A DNA stretch of 11,304 nucleotides. Origin: an uncultured bacterium (GTDB taxonomy: Bacteria; CSSED10-310; CAZUFC01). The stretch covers positions 1 to 11,304 of the forward strand of contig CAZUFC010000199.1 in the NCBI GenBank assembly GCA_964619725.1, written 5' to 3'. A model generated the notes under the pieces. That model was given only the letters and a program-made list of their open reading frames with translations. It had not been told where the DNA came from and did no database searches. Below, piece after piece: positions 5,800 through 11,304 of the stretch. The first letter of the stretch is position 1. Each line of letters starts with the position of its first letter. Position numbers and translations under genes: made by a program.

Positions 5800-8559
5800 T
5801 CAGCGGGCAGGACCGTAGGAGAACTCTTCAACGCTCCATTTTCCGATAATGACGCTGAAGTCTCTGCTGAGGAAGGCGCCGAGGAAACGTAATCCTGAAG
5901 CGTATTCCTGGCCGGTATTGGGCCAGACGAAGGAGAGGATGTTCATTTGCATGAAACCGACAGGCAGATTGATGGGTAGGTAGTCGAAGGATGTTTCCCA
6001 GGCGGGATGCCAGTAATATGTTCCCCAGACGTCGAGGACGACGACCAGCGGCAGTTGCAGTTGGGGTTCTCCAAAATTAATGAAGAAGGCATCGAGGGAA
6101 AAGTATTCTGCAGGGCTGTAGTATGAGTCGTTCAATCTGAGGCTGACGCCGACCGCATCGATATCGGGAGTTCTGGTGGGGAGAGGAGTAGGGGATTGAT
6201 AGGGTGTAGGAGAATGTTTCCAGGTCATTGAGGGAGGCGGTACCTGATCGGAGTATGGCCCGTTTGCGTAGTCATCCCAGTATGAATATTGTTCGATGTA
6301 GCTGTAGGCGAAGCCGGCGTTTCCCCATCCGCCGGCGTTTCTGGTGTATTCGATTTCATCGTTTATTTCATAGAAGGGATAATTGCATTTCATTCCGATA
6401 TAGACGTGTCGGTCGCCGGCGTGAGCGATGAAGTCGTCTGCGAGATCGTCGAAGTGCGGCGTTTCCCGGTCTCGATGACCATTGAGCGGGAATATTTTGC
6501 AGCGATCATTTTTTGAAGGTATGGGCCAGTATATCATAGGCATGATGGAGTCGATCTTGTTCTGCATGGTCCATCTCTGGGAGTCCTGGTAATAGTCGTA
6601 ATAACCTTCGGAGGAGTTCCATCCCCAGTAGTCCTTGTATATTCCCCAGACGGCGGCGGTGATTTTGAGGTTCTGATCGAGCGAGGTGAGTTCCGGGTAA
6701 ATTCTGTCGAGGAAGAGTGTTATCTGTTCGCGTTGCCAGTCGCCCCATTGGAGTCCCTGTGGATTATCGTTCTGAAAGCGGTATTCGCTGACGGGATCAT
6801 GAGAATAAACGGGCCCGGCGTAACGGAAGTAATCGAAGTGGATGCCGTCGACGTCATATTTAGCGACGATGTCATTGAATACGTTCGACAAATGGTCTGA
6901 AACGGCAGGAATGCCGGGACTGACGAAAACATATCCGTCGTTGAGCTGCATGGGATTCCCGTACTGATCGCATTGCAGCCATTCGGGGTGTGCGTTATAG
7001 ATATGTTCGGGATAAACGGAGGGAGGCGGCGTAAGTCCGCTCCAGCATGTATAAACGTTTACCCAGGCATGCAGCTCAAGTCCTCTGGCATGCGCTTCGC
7101 TGACTGCGACGGCGAGCGGGTCCCATCCGGGGTCCTGCCCCAGCGCGCCAAGTTCCGCAGCCCAGGGTTCGTAATCGCTTTGGTAAAAGGCGTCTGCTCT
7201 TCCTCTCACCTGGAATAAAACAGCATTAAAATGACCTTGAACCGCGCGGTCCATGATGGATGCGACTCCTGCCGGTGAGGAATAATCCCATCGCGTGATC
7301 CAGAACGCACGGAATTCAGGACTCTGGCCGTAAGTCGGCGTAGCGGTGGGAACAGGCGGCGTTCGGGTTGGGGTGGCCGTGTGATGATGCTGGGTCGGCG
7401 TTCGGGTGGGAGTTCGCGTCCTGGTCGGACTGGGTGCCGGGGTCGCTGTCGCCAAAAGTTCCCATCGAACCGCGTCCGCAACAACTATCAGGCCGCCGCC
7501 GTCATCAGTCACCTTGACCCACTGATTGCCGGAAAGATTGAAATGGCCCAGGTCGATTGCCCAGCCGCCGCCCTGATAATACTGGTCCCTGACCAGGTAA
7601 CTCTGGCCTCCGGCATGCCTGACGATGTAATGAGCCGTATGAGCATATCCGCCTTCATTGACCCAGGCGCTTATGTGATAACGGCCCGGAGTAAAATTCG
7701 CCTGCCAGGTGACTGTGTTGTCTCCGGAACCGGAGTTGCTGTAGAGCTTATCCGAACCGTAATTTTCTCCCCATGTGCTTATATGCCAGTTGGAACCCTG
7801 AACCGTGCAACCCGAATCATGATTGTCCACGATAATACTTATTCCGGAGGTAGGTGTCGCTGTCGGCGTATAGGTTCGAGTCGGCGTCCTGGTCGGCGTT
7901 CGGGTCGGGTCAGGCGAACCCATGTGATCCTCTACGCCCATGTATATGGCCCATCCGTTCGCTGCCCGGTAAGAACTGCTGTAAAGACGCTGCTCCTCCT
8001 CAGGATTCGTTATGAATGAATTCTCCGTCAATACCGCCGGCATGCCCGTTTCACGGACCATATGAAAATTGTCCTCATGAACGCCTTCACGACTGCAATT
8101 CGACCATACGAAACCAATACCCATATGATCCTCCAGACGATGCACCGTGGTGTAAGCCAGATCGCCGGCCGTCGCCCAGCAACGATTCAAATAAACATGA
8201 ACACCCGTATAATTCGCCGAAGGACTGCCGCTGCCGTTATGATGCACCGATATGGCCCGGTCTACCGGGATGCTGTTGAAATAATCCGTACGGTCCTGCA
8301 ATGAAATGTAAACGTCCGTCGTCCGAGTAATGTAAACGTCGGCTCCGGCCCCTGTGAAATAATTGCGGGCATGCAAAGATGTATCCAGGTTCACATACTT
8401 TTCAGTCAATCCCGTCGGGCCTACGGCTCCCGGATCAGAACCGCCGTGACCGGGATCGATCCCGATCTTTATTCCATCCAGGCCGGATTCAGCTCCCGGC
8501 ACGCTGAAAAAAAGAATCACCAAAGAAAAAATGAATAATTCCGCAAAGATTTTTTTCAT
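5800..8559 (-). CDS. Secreted multidomain cell-wall hydrolase: N-acetylmuramoyl-L-alanine amidase (Amidase_3) + golvesin-like domain + glycosyl hydrolase-like family 10 (YddW/DigH-type) + unassigned C-terminal domain
   Basis: Signal peptide MKKIFAELFIFSLVILFFSVPGA. Amidase motifs IDPGHGG.DPGA..TEK, SVHHNG, PAVLTE.SFITN. IIVDN..W...ADAVRW beta-domain. GHL10 motifs EFRAFW, FQVRGRADAFYQS, WDPL, AHARGLELHAWVN, YDVDGIHFDYFRY, PMIYW. Three Pro/Thr linkers. GGAG Shine-Dalgarno upstream. Confidence 0.9.
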   Translation of the reverse strand: MKKIFAELFIFSLVILFFSVPGAESGLDGIKIGIDPGHGGSDPGAVGPTGLTEKYVNLDTSLHARNYFTGAGADVYITRTTDVYISLQDRTDYFNSIPVDRAISVHHNGSGSPSANYTGVHVYLNRCWATAGDLAYTTVHRLEDHMGIGFVWSNCSREGVHEDNFHMVRETGMPAVLTENSFITNPEEEQRLYSSSYRAANGWAIYMGVEDHMGSPDPTRTPTRTPTRTYTPTATPTSGISIIVDNHDSGCTVQGSNWHISTWGENYGSDKLYSNSGSGDNTVTWQANFTPGRYHISAWVNEGGYAHTAHYIVRHAGGQSYLVRDQYYQGGGWAIDLGHFNLSGNQWVKVTDDGGGLIVVADAVRWELLATATPAPSPTRTRTPTRTPTQHHHTATPTRTPPVPTATPTYGQSPEFRAFWITRWDYSSPAGVASIMDRAVQGHFNAVLFQVRGRADAFYQSDYEPWAAELGALGQDPGWDPLAVAVSEAHARGLELHAWVNVYTCWSGLTPPPSVYPEHIYNAHPEWLQCDQYGNPMQLNDGYVFVSPGIPAVSDHLSNVFNDIVAKYDVDGIHFDYFRYAGPVYSHDPVSEYRFQNDNPQGLQWGDWQREQITLFLDRIYPELTSLDQNLKITAAVWGIYKDYWGWNSSEGYYDYYQDSQRWTMQNKIDSIMPMIYWPIPSKNDRCKIFPLNGHRDRETPHFDDLADDFIAHAGDRHVYIGMKCNYPFYEINDEIEYTRNAGGWGNAGFAYSYIEQYSYWDDYANGPYSDQVPPPSMTWKHSPTPYQSPTPLPTRTPDIDAVGVSLRLNDSYYSPAEYFSLDAFFINFGEPQLQLPLVVVLDVWGTYYWHPAWETSFDYLPINLPVGFMQMNILSFVWPNTGQEYASGLRFLGAFLSRDFSVIIGKWSVEEFSYGPAR

Positions 8560-8645
8560 GGCTTCTCCCGGCTTGATTAGAAAATATTTTTTCCGATTAC
8601 CGAAACCGCTCCCTGCGTTGCCTCAAACGTCGCATCTGCATCATA

Positions 8646-8673
8646 ATTCTAGCTGATTCTTCGTTAAAGTCAA
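8646..8673 (-). promoter_or_regulatory. Putative sigma70-type promoter for the cell-wall hydrolase gene
   Basis: Minus strand reads TTGACT-N16-TAGAAT (5/6 match to each consensus hexamer). The -10 box lies about 87 nt upstream of the ATG at 8559. Confidence 0.55.
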
Positions 8674-8682
8674 ATTATCACT

Positions 8683-8779
8683 CAACCACGAATCGCACGA
8701 ATCATACGAATAAGAGGGTCGTTATGACCGCGACTCGCATGTTTATCATGTTTTCGTTGTGATGGATTACCTTTAAAGC
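8683..8779 (+). repeat. Dispersed intergenic repeat, copy 2
   Basis: caaccacgaatcgcacgaatcatacgaataagagggtcgttatga...atggattacctttaaagc, in the same orientation as copy 1, with three internal acgaat units. Confidence 0.85.
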
Positions 8780-9002
8780 GTTCGTTTATGCCTTTTTTGC
8801 GGTTACGATTGCGCAGAATGTTTCACTTTCATTAATGGAAATAAGAAAACTGATGTTCAGAGTGTGACTTGTGGTTGCCGAAGGCCTGACAATTGTTTGG
8901 AAAAATCCTGCTGTTTTGAGCATCGGCTAATTTTCAATGCTGGTTATTTATGGTAGTTTTCAGAGGAGCGTTGATTATTGACTTTTGGGGAGCGATTCAG
9001 AG

Positions 9003-10976
9003 ATGAAAAAGGAGACGCGGGGCAAGAGAAGAGGAAAAAAGGAAAAAAGGGATATCGAGAAGCTGAATTTTGCGGTGCGCTTTTCACGCTGCGATCACGT
9101 CACGGCATTATTCGTTTTTGTTTTAATATCCCTCATATATGTGTATACCTCTGCGCCGGGCGTCACTCTGGTCGACAGCGGCGAACTGATTTTAAATGCT
9201 GTAAATTTTGCTCCGGGTCATCCGCCGGGATTTCCTTTTTATATTCTGACCGCCGGGATTTTCGCCAGACTGCCGTTTGCCGAGCCCGATCGCCTGGTCA
9301 ACCTGTTTTCGGCTCTCTGCGGCGCGCTGGCTGTTACAGTGTTTTATTATGTCGTCTTGTCCTGCTGCCGCGGTTTATATCTTCGGCCGACGTCGTCGGA
9401 TTCTCAGCCGGAATGCGCGAAAGAGCGTACCGCGCTTCAAAAATTCGTGGATGCTTTCATATCTGCGACTGCAGCGTTCCTGTTCGCTTTTACAAAAATA
9501 TTCTGGCTTCAAACCTCCGTAGCCGAAGTATACGCGCTTAATACGCTTGTTTTTACAATCGCGTTTTTCCTTCTTATAAGAGGACAAAGCCAATTTAAAA
9601 CCTGGGAGCTGACGTTAAACGAATACGCTGCCTTCTTCCTTTTAGGCCTGGGTCTCGGCGTTCATAACGTGACTTTCCTTCAAGCGTATATCGCTGCGGC
9701 CTTCTTCGTTTTTATCCCGCAGGCGCAAAGAAAGATATTCTCGAAACAGACGGCTTATATCGCTGCAGCAGCGATTGTTCCCATCATATTGGTCTATTCT
9801 TTCGCTCTGGCAAGCGCCGCTTCCGATCCTATTTTCAACTGGGGCAAGACCGATAATTTGCTGCGCCTTTACCGTCATTTCCGCGGAAAACAATACAGCA
9901 GTTATCTTTTCCAGTATTCTCCGGGTTATTTCAAGGCCGAAAGCATTAGAATGCTGCAGCATATTATCCTGGAATGGACTCCGATAGGTCTCGCCTTGCT
10001 TGTATTCGGCATCAAAAAGTTAAGAAGAGTAAACCGGCATCTCTTTAAAATGCTGACTCTTCTCGGCCTTATCAATCTTGTCTACGCTTTTTCTTACGAG
10101 ATCGCGGAAGACAAGGAAGCGTATTATTTAACCTTTTTCTGGTGCGGTTCGATTTTCGCAGGCATCGGAATGCGATCGGTCCTGGATACTCTCGTTCAAA
10201 GATACGGACAGAAGACGCTTAAATGTTTTTTCCTGTTTCTAACTCTTCCGGCAGCGACACTGCTTCTCCACTGGCCGGCATGCAATCACAGGGACGACGA
10301 CAGGGCGGTAAAACTGATCCGTGACCTGACCAGCGTCATGCCCTCCCAGGCGCTTCTTCTCACCCAGGACTGGCAGATATATTCGCCATGGTTGTACCTG
10401 ACGCACGCGGAAGGATACAGGATGGACCTGAAATTCATCGATATCAATCTTTTACGAAGAACCTGGTATTTCGATTACCTTGATAAAGCCTATCCGGGCA
10501 TGATGAAGGCTGCGGAACAAGAACGAAATGCCTTCATGAGGCAGCTTATCCTGTTTGAAAACGACAAGATGTACAACCCTGTTCTCATTCAAAAATATTT
10601 TTTGCAACTCATCAACAAATTCATTGAAATCACCATGCAACAGCACAGCGTTTTTATGACTCCGCCTTTCGAAGACGGAGTAGGGGAAAAATATGTAGCT
10701 GTTCCCTGGGGATTGGCTTTCCGTTTATTTCCGCCTGACCAGGCGTCTGCGGAAATAACCGAAGTCCGTATAGATGAAGATAATAAATGGGTCTATTACG
10801 ATCACGACGTGGCGGGTAAAAAAGTTCGATGGCTCTACGCCGTCGCCCTGCTGCAGAGGAGTCTGCTTTTCAAGGAAACGGGCGAAATACAAAAATATCG
10901 CGATCTGCAAGAAAAAATTAATTCCCTGGCGCCGAAAAGAAGAGGAAACTACATCCCTTATCCTTCGCATCTGTGA
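9003..10976 (+). CDS. DUF2723 / TMEM260-like GT-C membrane glycosyltransferase
   Basis: Motifs YVYTSAPGVTLVDSGEL...GHPPGFPFY, VNLFSA, FWLQTSVAEVYALN, GLGLGVH, P.FNWG, H.RGKQY and PWGLAFRL. Multiple transmembrane helices and a possible single TPR-like helix pair at the C-terminus. ATG at 9003 has GGGGAG upstream and is preferred over the TTG at 8985. Confidence 0.85.
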   Translation: MKKETRGKRRGKKEKRDIEKLNFAVRFSRCDHVTALFVFVLISLIYVYTSAPGVTLVDSGELILNAVNFAPGHPPGFPFYILTAGIFARLPFAEPDRLVNLFSALCGALAVTVFYYVVLSCCRGLYLRPTSSDSQPECAKERTALQKFVDAFISATAAFLFAFTKIFWLQTSVAEVYALNTLVFTIAFFLLIRGQSQFKTWELTLNEYAAFFLLGLGLGVHNVTFLQAYIAAAFFVFIPQAQRKIFSKQTAYIAAAAIVPIILVYSFALASAASDPIFNWGKTDNLLRLYRHFRGKQYSSYLFQYSPGYFKAESIRMLQHIILEWTPIGLALLVFGIKKLRRVNRHLFKMLTLLGLINLVYAFSYEIAEDKEAYYLTFFWCGSIFAGIGMRSVLDTLVQRYGQKTLKCFFLFLTLPAATLLLHWPACNHRDDDRAVKLIRDLTSVMPSQALLLTQDWQIYSPWLYLTHAEGYRMDLKFIDINLLRRTWYFDYLDKAYPGMMKAAEQERNAFMRQLILFENDKMYNPVLIQKYFLQLINKFIEITMQQHSVFMTPPFEDGVGEKYVAVPWGLAFRLFPPDQASAEITEVRIDEDNKWVYYDHDVAGKKVRWLYAVALLQRSLLFKETGEIQKYRDLQEKINSLAPKRRGNYIPYPSHL

Positions 10977-11070
10977 ACTTCGGCAGCAGTGCAGGTATTC
11001 CCGGAAGGGCATTGAGCGAAAACAGGTCTTTTTGGGTTACAATTCGATTGAATATCGCTTCATTTTGTTT

Positions 11071-11304
11071 CGATTGCGATTGCTATTGCTATTGCTATTG
11101 CGATTGCGATACCTATAGCGATAGCGATACCGATAGCGAAACCGATAGCGATAGCGATCCCGATACCGATAGCGATAGCGACCCCGACCCCGATACCGAT
11201 CCCGACCCCGACCCCGATCCCGACCCCGATACCGATACCGACCCCGATCCCGATACCGATAGCGATAGCGATCCCGATCCCGATCCCGACCCCGATACCG
11301 ATAG
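11071..11304. repeat. Degenerate 6-bp tandem repeat array (39 units, truncated by the window end)
   Basis: 234 nt in unbroken 6-nt register: CGATTG/CTATTG units first, then mainly CGATAG, CGATAC, CGATCC and CGACCC. Confidence 0.95.

Noticed and set aside
7381-8019. 212-aa plus-strand ORF
   Set aside because: Antisense shadow of the hydrolase gene; its Gly/Arg-rich stretches mirror the Pro/Thr linkers.
265-8779. The two repeat copies as att sites or a DGR template/variable repeat pair
   Set aside because: The copies are too diverged for att sites, mismatches are not adenine-specific, both are non-coding, and there is no integrase or reverse transcriptase in the window.
8978-9541. 187-aa plus-strand ORF
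   Set aside because: Alternative frame overlapping the conserved DUF2723 N-terminus.
10774-11118. 114-aa plus-strand ORF ending in RLRLLLLLLLRLR
   Set aside because: Overlaps the DUF2723 gene out of frame, and its tail is only the hexamer array translated.
11071-11304. CRISPR array
   Set aside because: 6-bp period with no unique spacers and no cas genes.

Overview
Bacterial cell-envelope region with five well-supported genes. Minus strand: an AftB-like GT-C membrane glycosyltransferase (371-2047); a tightly coupled pair of a serine palmitoyltransferase-like PLP enzyme (4024-5268) and a YghO/bCerS-type GNAT acyltransferase (2864-4012), which together look like a bacterial ceramide synthesis module; and a secreted multidomain peptidoglycan hydrolase (5800-8559: amidase_3, golvesin-like domain, GHL10/DigH-type glycosidase, Pro/Thr linkers, unassigned C-terminal domain). 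Plus strand: a divergently transcribed DUF2723/TMEM260-like GT-C glycosyltransferase (9003-10976). Non-coding signals: two diverged copies of a ~97 bp element (265-361, 8683-8779), a sigma70-like promoter for the hydrolase, several hairpins and palindromes in long intergenic gaps, and an array of 39 in-register degenerate hexamers running off the right end. All family assignments come from recognising motifs by eye; no database search was run.
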